NCBI GenBank assembly: GCA_965644315.1
Contig: CBFFRQ010000066.1
Location: 434,001-498,000 of the forward strand
Length of the DNA: 64,000 nucleotides
Reading direction: 5' to 3'
DNA from: Caecitellus pseudoparvulus
Taxonomy: Eukaryota; Protista; Bigyra: Bicosoecida
Shown here: one piece after another, positions 23,625-36,469 of the stretch
Layout of the letters: the number at the start of each line of letters is the position of its first letter
How positions within the stretch are numbered: position 1 is the first letter of the stretch
Position numbers and translations under genes: made by a program
Notes under the pieces: generated by a model
The model's database searches: none
Told to the model about the DNA's origin: nothing
What the model saw: only the letters and a program-made list of their open reading frames with translations

Positions 23625-25320
23625 TCACACCTCCTCCTCCTCCTCACTCTCGAACTCAGGCTGTGTCGCGGACTGCGCCTGCGCCGGCTCCGCAGCGGCC
23701 TGCCCCGCCCGCTGCGCCTGCAGGCGCTGCATGCTGGCTGAGTACTGCTGCTTGGCAGCCTGCAGGGTGGCCTGCGCCTGCTGGTGCTTGAATGCAACGA
23801 GGTCGTCTGACACCACCCCTGCCCTCGCCTCGCCTGCCGCGGCCACCTCATCTGCAGTGCACGTGCGGCGGTGCAGCAAGACATCCTCCGCCGTGCCAGT
23901 GGGCAGGACGTCTGTGAGTTCCACACGGGCAGCCAGGGGCAGCAGGCGCACAATGCCAGTGTCGTGGTCCCACACCAGCACCAGCTGGCTGGCAGTGGTG
24001 GCAGGCGTGGTGGGGTTTTCCGACGCATACGCGTGGGGGTGCGCGTACGGCTTCACCGTCAAATTGTACTGCTGGGACTTGAGCAGGAAGGATGCTGGGA
24101 GACCGTCCACCTTGGCAGGTTCGTCGGCAGGCGCAGTGGCCTGGGCAGCGTCGCCCGCTGCCAGGGCTGCTGGCGCGGCCAGCCTGGCAGCTTCTGCGTT
24201 GCCAGGCACACTCGCCTCAGCCGGCAGCGCCAGCGTGCCCACCAGCCCAGCCGCCACTGACACTGCGCCAGTGGAGGGCGTGCGAATGACAGAGTGGGAC
24301 AGGCGTGCTCGCTGGCGGGTGAAGGGCGTGGGCCCGAAGCCGCCGTCCTTGGCGGCGCGTTTCGCGGCATGCTCTGCGCCAAGGTCCACAGGCTCCGTCG
24401 GAAACACGACGTGCACCAGCTGCGTGGGCCACAGCGCTTCATCGGGGACGACGCTCCACACTTGTGTTGGCCGCAGGTGAGCTTTGGCCGGGTCTGGGTG
24501 GGTCAGGGTGGCGTTGGGGCCAACTGCCTCAAAACTGTCCTGCACGCGCTGCAGCGGCGTTTGCGCCGCGCGCTCAGCCGCCATGGCGGCCAGGCGCTGG
24601 GCAAAGCGGTCCTCCTCGGCACTGGCCTTCCGCCCCATGAACGCATGCAGTGGCCTGTGTGAGTCTGGGTTGAAGCGTGTGAAGGGGTTCAGCCACTCGA
24701 CGTGCTTGCGCACGCCCTTGCGCCGGGCAGCGGCGCCGCCCTTGCCGGCCTTCGTGCCCAGCTTCTCGGAAGTGATGATGCTGTCCAGCGCACTCAGTGG
24801 CTCGTTGCGAATCTTCCCTGCGAGGACGGCAGCACGTGTGCGGCGTCGTGGGGGCAGGCAGCGCGCACAATGCCAGCACCCACGAATGCCCAAGCCGCCC
24901 CAGGCGCCCAGCGCGTCAATGGTGACGCCTGCGTCCCACTCTGGCAGCAACTTGAACTCATATGCCTCTTCAGTGGCAGAGGGCAGACTGAGGCTGTACT
25001 TCTCAACACTGTGGGGAGCAGGGCGGGGCGCAGGGAGTGAGGCGGCGGGCGTCAATTTCCGCCGCCAACCACGCCACCCCTCACCCGTCCTGCCCTGGCG
25101 CAGGGCGCATGAAAAACGGCCCCACGTGCACATCCGGCAGCGCGTTGCTCAGTCCCCCCGACACGATGAAGTTGTCCGTCGGGTACAGCGCCTTCAAGTC
25201 CTCGTTCAGGCTCAGGCGGCCGAGCATGGACTGCACATGGTCGCTCACCCGCGAACGGCGCCGCTTGGTGCCCTGCTTCCGGCCCTTGCGCCCACTGCTG
25301 GACTTGGCCTTCTCCGGCAT
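23625..25320 (-). CDS. PAF1: RNA polymerase II-associated factor Paf1
   Basis: NALPDVHVGPFF, ATEEAYEFKLLPEWDAGVTIDAL, VEWL, QRVQDSFEA, HP...LRPTQVWSVVPD..LW...VHVVF..EP follow the Paf1 motif order. Confidence 0.7.
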
Positions 25321-25568
25321 GGTGAGAAGGGGAAGAAGGGGGTGCGGCGGCAGGCCGGCTGGCCCACGCAGGTCCTGATGCAGCCTGGAGGCTGCATGCT
25401 GTGCGGTGGGATGAGGGGAAATTGAGGGGCCGTCGGTTGTGAAGGGGGGCACGAGCGCGGTAGGGGCCAGCCGCACCTGCTGGGCACAAACCACCCGCGC
25501 CAGACCCCCCTTCAAATCGACCTATGCATGCCCACCATGCACCAGTGGTCTCGTGCTGGCCACGCGGC

Positions 25569-27771
25569 ATGCTCAGAGCAGCCTGCGTGGGCCTGCTGCG
25601 TCGGTCTGTGTCTGGGGCAGTCCCCCTCCCGCACATGAGCCAGCCCCAGTGGGGGGCAGCAGCAGTGGTAGCTGGGAGCAACGCAAGCAAGCGCCGGGCC
25701 AAGACAGTCATGGCTGGGCCGCACACGGTGCTGGACCGCGTGGACGTGACGGTGTCGCGGCAGGACCAGCAGGTGCTGGACACGGTGATGGCAGCGCTGC
25801 GGGGAGGCGGCCACGCCACCGTCGTGCGCGTGGCTGGCGGCTGGGTGCGGGACAAGCTCCTGCAGCGGCCCAACCACGACCTGGACATCACTGTGGATGA
25901 CATGACGGGGGCAGGTGTGGCGGGCGTGGTGCATGACCACCTGGTGGCGGCCGGCGAGGCAGCCACGCGCGTGGCGGTCATTCAGGCCAACCCCGAGCAG
26001 TCCAAGCACCTGGAAACGGCCACAACCAAGGTGCATGGGAAGGAGGTGGACTTTGTGAATCTGCGCTGCGAGGAGTACGCCGAGGACTCCCGCATTCCCA
26101 CGACGGTGCGTGAGCCTGCGGAACTTGCTTGGCGTGGCCAGGCACACACCTTCACGCCACAGGGCAGAGCACGCTCCCCACCCCTCCTCGGCGCAGAAGT
26201 TCGGCAGCCCCCTGGACGACGCGCTGCGCCGGGACTTCACCGTGAATGCCATGTTCTACAACGTCAACGACGGCGTGATTGAGGACTACACTGGGCGTGG
26301 GTTCGTGGACCTCAAGGCAGGCGTCATCCGAACGCCCCTGGAGCCCCGCACGACGCTCCTGGACGACCCCCTGCGCGCCCTGCGCGCCGTGCGTTTCGCT
26401 TCCCGCTACGCCTTCACCGTCGTCCCCGAGCTGCTGGCCTGCATGGCCAGTGTGGAGGTGCGGCAGGCGCTGGAGGACAAGGTGTCCCGGGAGCGCGTGG
26501 GGTCGGAGGTGGAGGGCATGCTGCTGAGCGACCGGCCCATCGGGGCACTGCGCATGCTGCGCCAGGTGGGCCTGCTCAGCACCGTCCTGACGCCCCCTCG
26601 CCTGGCTAGCCGCAGCGAGCTGGAGGAGCACATCACCGCCACATCCAAGAAGCACCGGCGGGGCGGCAAGCCCTCCTCCGCCCAGCAAGCCCTCCTGGCA
26701 TACCCCTATGCTCTTGGCGCAGGGGGGGATGCGAGTGGAGAGGCGGGGGAAGGCCCCTGCCCAGAGGCTTTGCTGGGTGCGGGGGCAGAGGTGGTGGATG
26801 CGCTGGAGAATGTGCTGGGGCACTTGGCAGACGAGTGCCCTCTGGCGCTGGGCCGGGAGGGCGTGTTGGAGGAGGAGGGGGGGGTGGCAGCCGCGGGCGC
26901 AGCGGCAACTGCCCCCGCAGCTGCTGCTGCTGCAGGCGGGGGCGGGCCAGTTGGCGGCGCCAAGCGCAGGCCAGACACCCCCCCTCCATCGGAAGACATC
27001 ACGCTGGCGGGGGTGATGGTGGTGGTGCCCACGACGTCAGGTGACCGCCTGGGCCCCCCCGCCACCAACCCTCACGCCGTGACAGAGGCCCCCTCCGCAC
27101 CCCCCCCTGCCGAGGCTGAGGGCAGTGACCAGTGGCAGACCCTGCGGGATGCCACTCGCGCCGGCCTCACCCTTCCCCGCGCACAGCAGCCCCCCCTCCT
27201 CTTGGCTGCCTCTCTCTGGCCGCTGCGGGGTTACCTGTCCCTGCCGCCAGCACGCGGCAAGAAGCTCCCGCGCCCCGTGCACGTCGTCACGGAGCTGGTG
27301 AAGGTGCACCTGAAGCTGCCAGGGCGCCTGGCAGAGGCAGTGACCCAGGTGCAGGCCAGTGCCGAGGCGTTGCTGCCACTCCTGCAAAGCGAGCAGGCGG
27401 GACAGCTGCCCGAGGCTTCACGCCTGCCCCTGGCGCTTGCTGTATTGCAGGCTCAGGAGCTGTGGCTGGCCGGCCTGCACTTGGCTGCCGCGCTGCATAC
27501 CGAGGCAGTGGGCGTGCCTGCTGCAGTGCAGGCCGGAAACGCAGTGCTCACTGCCGCGCTGCACTGGCAGGTGCACCGGGCGTGGACCGTCAAGCCGCTG
27601 CTGAACGGGTCGGACCTCATTGCCCTGCAGGCTCCAGAGGGCGCGGCTCTGGCGCAGGTGAAGGATGCAGTGCTGCACTGGCAGCTGCAAAACCCCGGCG
27701 CGGGGCTGGCGGAGGCCAAGGAAGAGGCTGCTCGGGTCATTGCTGCATACAAGGCGGGCAGCGCAGAGTGA
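25569..27771 (+). CDS. CCA1: Class II CCA tRNA nucleotidyltransferase
   Basis: VAGGWVRDKLL, DLDI, VDFVNLRCEEYAEDSRIP, DDALRRDFTVNAM, DDPLRALRAVRF, VSRERVGSE. One intron near 26106-26196. Arg-rich N-terminus resembling a mitochondrial presequence. Confidence 0.95.
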
Positions 27772-27936
27772 TCGCCGCCTCACAAATGAACCAACGAGTA
27801 AGAAGTTCCTTCGCACTTCGTTCCTCATCAGAATTCGTGCCTTGCCGCCTCCCTAAGACTGCGCGCTGGGCGTTGGCCAGCGGTGTTTGCCAGCGATTTC
27901 CGCATCAGCCCCGGCACCACTCAACCTGCTGCCACG

Positions 27937-29545
27937 ATGGCGGCGCGCACTGTCGGGGGCCGCAGCAACATCGCCGACATCCTGACGCATGAAGAGCTGG
28001 TGCAAGATGTTCTCCCGGTTCGTTGCCCCTCCGCCGGCGCGAGTACGGCCTGGCGCTGGGCTGCATGTGAGCGTCGCCGTGGCCTCCTGCTCAGGTCGCC
28101 ACCGGGACGGTGGAGGTGAACAAGGAGCACGTGGAGTCGTTTCTGGAGTGTGCCATTTGCCGGGGCGTCATGCAGGAGCCTGTCATGATCAAGCAGGTGC
28201 GGCTGCGCAGGCGCGGGCACCTGCCCCCGCAACTGCGGCACGCACCCACAACGCCTTCCGCGCAGTGCCTGCACCGCTTCTGCAAGAACTGCCTGGAGCA
28301 CAGTCTGCGCACGCTAAAGAACGAATGCCCGCTGTGCCGCACACGTGTGCCATCTCGCCGCTCCCTGGAGCGGGACACACGCTTCGCAAAGGTGCGGCGG
28401 CATGCACGTTGCACGCCCGCCGAGCTGCCTCAGCACGCACTCCCTCCCCCCCTTCGGCAGTTGATTGAACTCGTGTACAAGGATGTGGGGGAGTACGAGG
28501 CCCAGCAGTCCAGCAAGCTCATGGCCGCAGCTGCGGCAAGCCGTGCAAATGCGGCTGCCATTCTGCAGGCAGCTCGAACGGTGCGTTGCGGTGTGAGGCT
28601 AACCCTGCGCCTTCTGTACCCTGCACTGGCCGCCTCACACCCTCCTTGGTGCAGACTCGACAGGGGCACCATGACCAAGACAGTGCTGTGATTCGCGAAC
28701 AGACTGCTCGGCTGCAGCGAGATGCAGCGGCGCTGGCAGACGTGGCGGCTGCCGCCGCTGCAACGCCAACAGCCCCGGCAGTCAGCGCGGGGAAACGCCC
28801 ACGGGAAGCACCAGCACAAGCACCCAAAGCCACCGCACAACCCAAGCGCGCACGAAGAGACGAAGGCCAGGCTGACGTGCCGCCTGTCATCTTTAAATTG
28901 GGGCGAGTGCCAGAGGCTGGCCTGCTGGGGCCCTGTTTCTCCTCCGGCATTGGTGGCTCCCAAGGCAAGTTCCACCAGATGCCCGCCGTCACGCCCTTCT
29001 CCAAGGTCGCGGCGGGCCTGCCGCACTGGTTCCCTCAGTTTGCCAGCGAAGTGCAAGCCATGGCCAGCGGTGGCTGGCGCGTCGGCCTGTGTGTGCTGCT
29101 GCGCAGTGGCGCCGCCACCCCGCCGGCTGCAGGTGGGCCCATTCCCAGCAAGGAGTTCAGTGGCAGGGAGTACCACATCCTGCACCCCCTCCCGCCAGGC
29201 ACGCCAGAGCTGACTCTGGGCGACCTGGCCGTGCACGCTCGGCGCCTGGGCAGCAAGGCAGGGTCTGAGCCCCCTCAGCTGGCAGAGGGGGGGGCCATCA
29301 ACACCGCCTCCACGCCGGTGCTGCGCTTGCTGTGGTGCTTCACGCGCACCCACGCCGGCTCCAGCGAAGGCGAGCTGGTGGAGGCGCGCCGCAGCATGCA
29401 CCAGCTACTGCTGCACCAGAAGCACTCCAGCGAGCCTTGCTCCTGTGGCCAGGCCGTGCCCGCATTCCTGCCCCAAGCCCAGAGTGAAGCCGTGGCTCCA
29501 GCGCCAGCCGCCAGCAGCGGTGGTGAGGGGGGGCAGGAGGCGTAG
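27937..29545 (+). CDS. RING1: RING1/RNF2-like C3HC4 E3 ligase (PRC1 catalytic subunit-like)
   Basis: Spliced ECAICRGVMQEPVMIKQ|CLHRFCKNCLEHSLRTLKNECPLCRTRVPSRRSLERDTRFAK|LIELVYKDVGEYEAQQ closely parallels the RING1B RING region. Confidence 0.8.
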
Positions 29546-29730
29546 ACCACCTGCCACTTGCAATGCACACCCGAATCCACAACGTCCCCTCACCACCGCA
29601 CGGTGTGTGAGCCCGTGGCCCTCCATGTGAGACAAACGCTGCCTCGGCAAGCAGGGCAATTTCCGCAGGGGGCCACGCCAAGCGTTGCCGTCGCGCCGTG
29701 CCATCGCCCAAGAGGCAGCCTTGGGACAGC

Positions 29731-31102
29731 ATGTTCAATGTTACTTTCAATCACAAGCGCACGCAGGCCGGCATCGACGCGCTGCAGGCCACAAGCTACC
29801 TCGTGGACGACGGTTCCCCGCAGGCCGGTACGCTGCAACTGGCACTTGCTCAACCCCTGCCCGCCGACTCAGCCATGCGCCGCGACCACACACAGGCGCT
29901 GCATGTGATGAGCCTCGAAATCGCTCGCGGGGCACGCGGCGGGCACGGGCCGCTGCCTCCCAAGGCTCAGCGCTGGACGCGCTGGCAAAGCGCAAGCGCA
30001 AGTCAACCCAGCGACCCCGCTTGAACGTGGTGGCGTCTGAGCGCCACATTGGCGCAGCCCTTGCCGGCGACTACCTGATTGGAAAGCAAGTCAAGGCCAC
30101 ACTGGCGCAGCGGGCAGCGCAGCGGCGCGCTGCTGCGGCGGCAGAGCAGGCCGAAGCAACGAATGCTTCGCCGCCTGCTGCGTCACGAGACTCGGCAGGC
30201 CAGGCTGAAGCGAAGCGCAAGGCTCCTCGCAGGAAGAGAGGACGAGGCCTGAAAAACAGCCATTCAGTTCTGTCGTCGGCGCCTGAGAAACCCAAGGCGA
30301 CCACGCCTGGCTTGCCACGGGCCCGTGTTGCATCACCGGCTACGACAGAGCAGCCGGACGTGTCAGCGCACCGCACAGCCGAGCACGTAACCGCTCCAGC
30401 GAGGGCAGCTTCCCAGTCCACAGAAGAAGGACGTTCACGAACCATTGAACGTGCCCCTGTGCCGCGCTCCCTCATGGAGCACTTGGCGTTGAGCCTTGAA
30501 GCCGCAGAGCCTTGCCGGCCATTCTCGGGGCCAGTGCCCGCGCTCTTCAGCGCCACTCCCTGCGCGCCACACAGCCCTGCCAGCTCAGGTCGCAGGTTTT
30601 TGCGAGACTTTTTGTCCCCAGTTAAACCCTCTGCCCCTAAAGTGCACATCGCGCGGGATATTGTCCGCACTCTGCGTCCCGGCGTGCGCATTGCTTGTGC
30701 AGCGCGAGCCCGCCTCCCAGCGCAGAGGGCAGGTCTGCAAGACTGGGTCCCCTTTTCCAAGTTACTGCAGCGTCTCAGGGCCATTGGCTGTGTCCACAGC
30801 CGCCGCCGGGCAATGGTGAGGGAGCGCAGGAGGAAGCAAGCCAGCCCGAGCAAGTGAAGTGGCTGCCTGGCGGCGAGTTTGTGACAGCCGCACGGGCAGC
30901 GCACGAGGAGCGGTGTGCATCGTCCTTCTACATGCCGAGAATTGAAGGTGTGATGGTAGCCACTCTGCGGTACTCCTTTTCGGCGCTGCTTGTGGGGTGC
31001 CGGAGCTCTCGGCATCGAATCTGACCAAGTGCAGTGCTGCTGCACGCCGACCCTCCACCAAGCCTACCACGACACGCGTGGTGCGACGCGGACAGTTCAT
31101 GA
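29731..31102 (+). CDS. Hypothetical basic low-complexity protein (multi-exon, 3' structure uncertain)
   Basis: ATG preceded by the AATTTCCGC element. A plausible intron joins MFNVTFNH...SPQAG to the 29685-30857 frame, which has NLS-like KRKRK and RRKRGR. Confidence 0.4.
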
Positions 31103-31379
31103 ATTCACTGCATGTTCATACTGCCCACATTGTGTCGTTGCAGGCGCGGTGCGAGATGCCCCTGCCTTCCTCCCCCGTAGCGTGTGCAGTGGCCTGACAC
31201 ATTCGGTTGGCAGCTGATGGTTTGCGCTGCAAGGAGTACCCCGCCGACGCAGTGCCCACTTACAGGCACTTTCGACGCGTCGCAGAGCACGCCACGCCAG
31301 AATCTCGCCCCAGCAGCCAAGTTTGACAAGACTGCACGCAAAGCACCTCCTGTCTCTGGTCCCGTGTCGCTGCTGCGCC

Positions 31380-34161
31380 ATGTTGCTGGCTCAAAGCAGC
31401 GGCGTCGCCGCGCAGGGTTCGCTGCAGCGCATACAAGCGGCTTTTCACGGACGCCTGGCCATAACAGAGCGACTGGGCAGTGGAACCTATGGCATCGTGT
31501 ACGGGGGAACCCTGATGGACGAAAGGACGGGCGCTGTGCGCAGCGTGGCGGTCAAGGCGCCTCGCCCAAACGGAGCGGATGCCTCAAGCGGCGTGCCGCA
31601 GTCTGTCGTCCGGGAGTTGGCCATGTCAGCGCCCTCCGGCGTGCAGGCCTGCCCCTACATCATGACTCCCATCGAGAAAAAGTTCATCCCAGGCATGTAC
31701 GGAGGCTGCGTCGCCGTCATGGAGCGCGCAGAGCAGGTGTGTGTCCGGCGTCATCGCCTGATCAAGGCGGGTTCCCTGTCTGCACTGCGCACCCGTCCTC
31801 GGCTGCTGGGGGGAGGGTTGCCGATGCTCCTCCGACGCACGCGCTTGCAAGGCCGCCACAGCCGAACAGGCACACCACCACAAAGGGACACCGGCCTTCC
31901 ACGCAGGATCTTCGAGCCGTCTTGGACGTGCAGGCTTCCTCTGCTCCCTCCGGCACGGCGCTGCCACTCTTGCAGCGCTTGAAAGTTGTAGGGGAGTTGG
32001 CTGCCGGCCTGCACTGCCTGCACTCCCACGCTATTCTGCACCGTGACCTGAAGCCCGCTAACGTGCTGCTGCGGGCAGACGGCACAGTAGCCATCACAGA
32101 CCTTGGGCTTGCTCGCCGGATCAGCAATGAGCTTCGAGCTTACACTCACGAGGTGCGTCACACGAAGTGCAGTGCCCGTCTTCCGTCGGCGCCGCGCATG
32201 ATGCACGCTGTTCAGTTCAGCGATCAAGGCAGCGAGACTACATTGCGGGGCACAAGCAGCGTCGTCTTGCCTTGTCTACACGCCAATCTGCTCTCTCTTG
32301 CATGCATGACCCTGGTGCCCCCCGCGGTTGCCTGCGGACAGTTTGCGTTGCTTGTGCTCGCCGCCCGTGCAGCAGCCGCCAAGCGCTCTGCCTCAAGTGC
32401 TGCCAGAGCAGCCCACGTGTCACGCATGCTTGAGTCTGCTTACTGGGATGCAGCATGTGTGCTCAGGGCGCCCCCGCACGCGCTTTGCTGGTCGTGGAAG
32501 CCCGAGGAACGCCGCCCCGCCACGCTCCGCAGGTGCAAACCCTCTTCTACCGTGCTCCTGAAGTGCTCTGCTGCGCAAACCTGTACGGCACGGAAGTGGA
32601 CATGTGGAGCCTGGGCTGCATCTGGGCGGAGATGCGTGAGTTGTCCCGCCTAGCCTGTGATGCGCCGCCCCTCGTGCGGTGATGTGTGCCCATCACTGCC
32701 AGCGACTGCTGCAGAGCCAGCTGCTCACAGGCCCTTCCAGGCTAGCAGCCTAACGAAAGTCAATATCTGCAACGAATTCGTGCCGTGTCACACCTGAGCG
32801 CCACTGTGTGTCCCTGCGCTCCCCCGCAGTGCTGGGGCGCCCTGTCTTCAAGTGCGCCACCGTGGCGCAGCCCGAGGTGGGCATCCTCATCAACGTGAGT
32901 GGCCACATGACCCACATTCCCGACTTCATGCTGCGTCGGCATCGGTCAGGAGGCAGGCACTGCGCCGCCCGTGCAACAGCCCCGCGGCCCTCGTGCACCA
33001 CGCCAGCCGTGTAACTGCCCGTCCCGCTCCCCGCCTGCACAGATCACTCGCGCATGTGGCATGCCAGACTCCAAGGAGTGGCCAGAACTGCTGGACTCCA
33101 GCCTTGTCCGGTACTTTGGCGACCCAGGGCGAGGGCAGGGGCCAGCGCTGGGGTTGCCCCGCGGCGTGCCTGTGGATCGCCACGCAAATTCGTTCAAGAA
33201 AGCCCTGCGCCAAGCGCAGGCCCAGGAGCAAGCCACACTTCTGAAACAAGGGTGGGACGCCGAGAGCCTGGAGGCGGTGTGGGAGGCTGAGCTGGAGGCG
33301 GTGTTGGGGTGCCTCACATTCACGCCCGCCAAACGCTGGTCCGCAGCTCAGGTGCTGAAGTCACCGGCGCTGCTCGCCCAGCCGCCTGTACAGCCTGCCA
33401 GGTGTGCCCCGTTGAGCCCGTCTGCTGTGCCTCCTGGCACCGTCAGCGTTGCCTCAGGGGCCGGGCCCGTCACCCCGCTCGCTGCCAGCAGACGCCTGGC
33501 CATCGCGTGTGCGGAGTCCAGGGGCACGACCCTGCCACTTCCAGGTGCACCGGCCACGGCGCAAAGCATGGCTGGCGTGTTTCCACCTCATTTCCAACCA
33601 CCCACCTCGGCACGGGCGGGGCAGGCAGGGCCCTTTCAACTTGCCGCGCCGCCCAAGAGGACGCTGCTGAACCTTGTCGTGGACGGCAACGGCAAGCTGA
33701 AAGGACTGGCAGACCCAGGCCTGCTCAAGCCTGGGCAAGTGGAAGTGCACTATATTCCGTGCTCTGCGCCCCTGGCGCCGGCCCGGCGGCCCACCACTGC
33801 TGCTTTGGGCCATTTCCCAGCACATGCTCTCGGCGCTGCACTGGGTATTCCCCCAGCGCCAGCGCACGCCGCACCGGCGACAACAACCACAACTGGGGGT
33901 AGCAAGCGACAAAGACAGGGGATGGGCATGTTTACAGAACTTCATGGCGGCGATGGGGCGTGCATGGTGCCCGTGCAAGGCGCTGAAAAACGCAGTCGGT
34001 CCCAGGGAGCAGCTGACATTTCGTGCAGCCCCCCTGCCATCACGGGCTCCGTGGTGCGCCCACTGCACCCACCCCGCCGTTCATACGCAGTAGAAGAAGT
34101 GGTCGTCCCGGCTCCCGTGGGCAATCAGCCCCCAGACGGGCCAGGAACCGCGCCCGGGTAA
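31380..34161 (+). CDS. Cyclin-dependent kinase-like Ser/Thr kinase with long C-terminal tail
   Basis: [43 protein letters not shown]|[22 protein letters not shown]. Introns 31737-31906, 32153-32532, 32636-32829 and 32895-33042. Confidence 0.9.
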
Positions 34162-34567
34162 GGCCACGAAACAGCGGCCCGACTGCAAACAGCTTGCCGG
34201 TTGGAGAGCTTGTGCTGTGCAACGCGGCAGGGACTGGCGCAGAAATGTGAGTGCATTCGTGAAAATGAAAGGACCTAGCACCGTCAACCGCTAGCGAGGG
34301 CGCTCAGGTGGTGTTTTTTGGCAGGTGCACTTCCCCGCACAAGCTCGCCTGGCAACACAACCGGCAGCAGCAAGCACCTGCTTGGCCGGCCAGCCCTGCA
34401 CCAGTCGAGTTGCCAGGCGCAAAACAATTCACTCTCTCAGACACAAGAGAGTTTAGTCTCACCCTTCGTGGGGCTTTTCCACGAGCGGAGCTTCTCTTCG
34501 CCCGGCCACGGCGCACCCTAGCTGGTAGGCGTTTGAGGGTTTCGGCCGCGTTTCACCCCCCAGCGAC

Positions 34568-36410
34568 ATGGCGGGTGGCGGCTTCTACCGGCGCCTGTTC
34601 CCCCAACAGCCGGGGGTGTGGTTGGCAATAGAGATGGCTGCCTATCTTTCATTCATTTCCTACCTCCTCGTCGTGGTGCGTTGCTCAGGAAGCGCCTGCG
34701 GCCTGCGAAAGCTCTGTGCACGGCTCGAGTGCCTCACCTCCACAGTTGGCTTGGCCCTTGTGGACGGAGGTCATCCCGGAGCGCTGCGACAATTGGCGAA
34801 GGTGCAGGAATGAGCTGAAGCCGTCATGGCACCCCACACTGCAGGTGGACCACTCTGACGGCCACACGAGGGTGTTTCGCCAGAGCCTCCCGGCGTTGCT
34901 CATTCTGGTGGCGGTCAGCGCTGGGCTGACTGCGCTGGTGCGCTGGCTTCGGCGGGGCGCCAGCCACGTCGCCCTGCAGGGCACCATCGGTTTCTTCTTT
35001 TCCTTGTACATTTTTGGGCCCATCGGCGCCCCCATCACCTGGGCCCTGGTCCTGTTCTGGTTCGCCGCCACTCGGGCGGTGCTGGCGATGACTGGCCCTG
35101 CCACTGCGCGGTATGCTGCCCCCGCGCTGGCATGGAGCCTGGCTGCAGCTGCCCTGCTGGGCGCAGAGTACGCCAAGACGGTGCGTTTCCGCGGCTTTGT
35201 GTCCAGGGTGCCTGGCTTGCACCTGCTTGGGTACCTGGATGGTCTGTGGAGTGGGGAGATGCCCTGGTACCTCGTCGTGAACATGCTGGTGCTGCGCCTC
35301 ATCTCCTTCACCATGGACGCGCAGTGGAGCGGTGGCACAGTGCCCCCTGGGCCGGCCAAGGACCCGCCTCCTGACCAGTACACCTGGGCCTCCCCCGCCT
35401 TGGCACGAGTGCAGGCGGAGGGGCCCGCATACAAGGCCCGGGTGGCGACACCCCGCCCGGCAGGCGAGTACGCCTCCCCTGCCCTGCTCTTTGCCTATGC
35501 CTTCTACCCGCCCCTGCTGCTGAGTGGGCCCACTACCACCTTTAACGCCTGGGCCAGCCACCTGTCCAAGGCGCAAACCAGCTACTCACCCTCGCAACTT
35601 GCACTGTACTGTGCGCGGTGGGCTGCCTGCTTCGGCTTGCTGGAGGTGGCCATGCACTGGTCGCCCCTCTTTGCATTCGTGAAGCACAGGGTGTTCCTGG
35701 CGCTGCCTCTGCCCCCCGTGTACTCCGCTGGCATGTCGTGGATGCACCTGAACTACCTGTGGTTGAAGTTCCTGGTGCTGTGGCGGTTCCACAGGGGGTG
35801 GGCCCTCTTGGAAGGCTTCGAGACACCTGAGAACATGACGGTGTGTGTGAACAACAACTTCACCATCAAGGGCTTCTGGCGTGGCTGGCACCGCTCGTAC
35901 AATCAGTGGCTGGTGCGGTACATCTACATCCCGCTGGGCGGCAGTCGCGTGCCCCTGTGGCGCCAACTCTTCAACATCGCAGTCGTCTTCACGTTCGTCG
36001 CGCTGTGGCACGACATGACGGCGCAGCTGCTGGCGTGGGGCTGGATCTTGGTGCTGGGCATGGCGCCTGAGCTGGCTGCGGGGGCGTGGGCTGGCTCCCA
36101 GCACTGGGCTGCCGTGGCCCTGCGGGACAGTCGGTGGATGCGGGTGCTGGTGGGCCTGGGCGGCGCCGTGAACATTTTGGCCCTGGTCCTGGCCAACTTC
36201 ATCGGCTACTCGGCTTCCCCCGAGGCGGCCATGGGCCTGCTGCGGGAGGTGTTCTTGCTGCCCGCTGGCGGCCTGAACCTGCCTCTCATCCTGGCCATGT
36301 TCGCAGTGCTGTACAGCGCCGTGCAGCTCATGCTGCTGCGCCAGGCGCAAGACGAAGACACGTCCCTGCGCCTCCTGGCCTGGCCAGGGCGCTCCCCCAA
36401 GACAGCTTAG
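34568..36410 (+). CDS. GUP1: MBOAT acyltransferase, GUP1/HHAT family
   Basis: LRLISFTMD, YAFYPPLLLSGP...FNAW, WLKFLVLWRFHRGWALLEGFETPENM..CVNNN...FWRGWHRSYNQWLVRYIYIPLGG, FTFVALWHD (catalytic His). Confidence 0.9.
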
Positions 36411-36469
36411 TGAGCTGCAAGCCCCCCCGGCGCCGGTGGGCTGGCGGCCCCGGCGTGCTGCGGGGGTGC

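Noticed and set aside
31184-32653. 489-aa ORF as a complete kinase
   Set aside because: It contains only CDK exon 2 plus translated intron and off-frame sequence.
32678-32798. Possible intronic box C/D snoRNA (GTGATGT...CTGA)
   Set aside because: Imperfect C box, weak terminal stem and no recognisable guide sequence.
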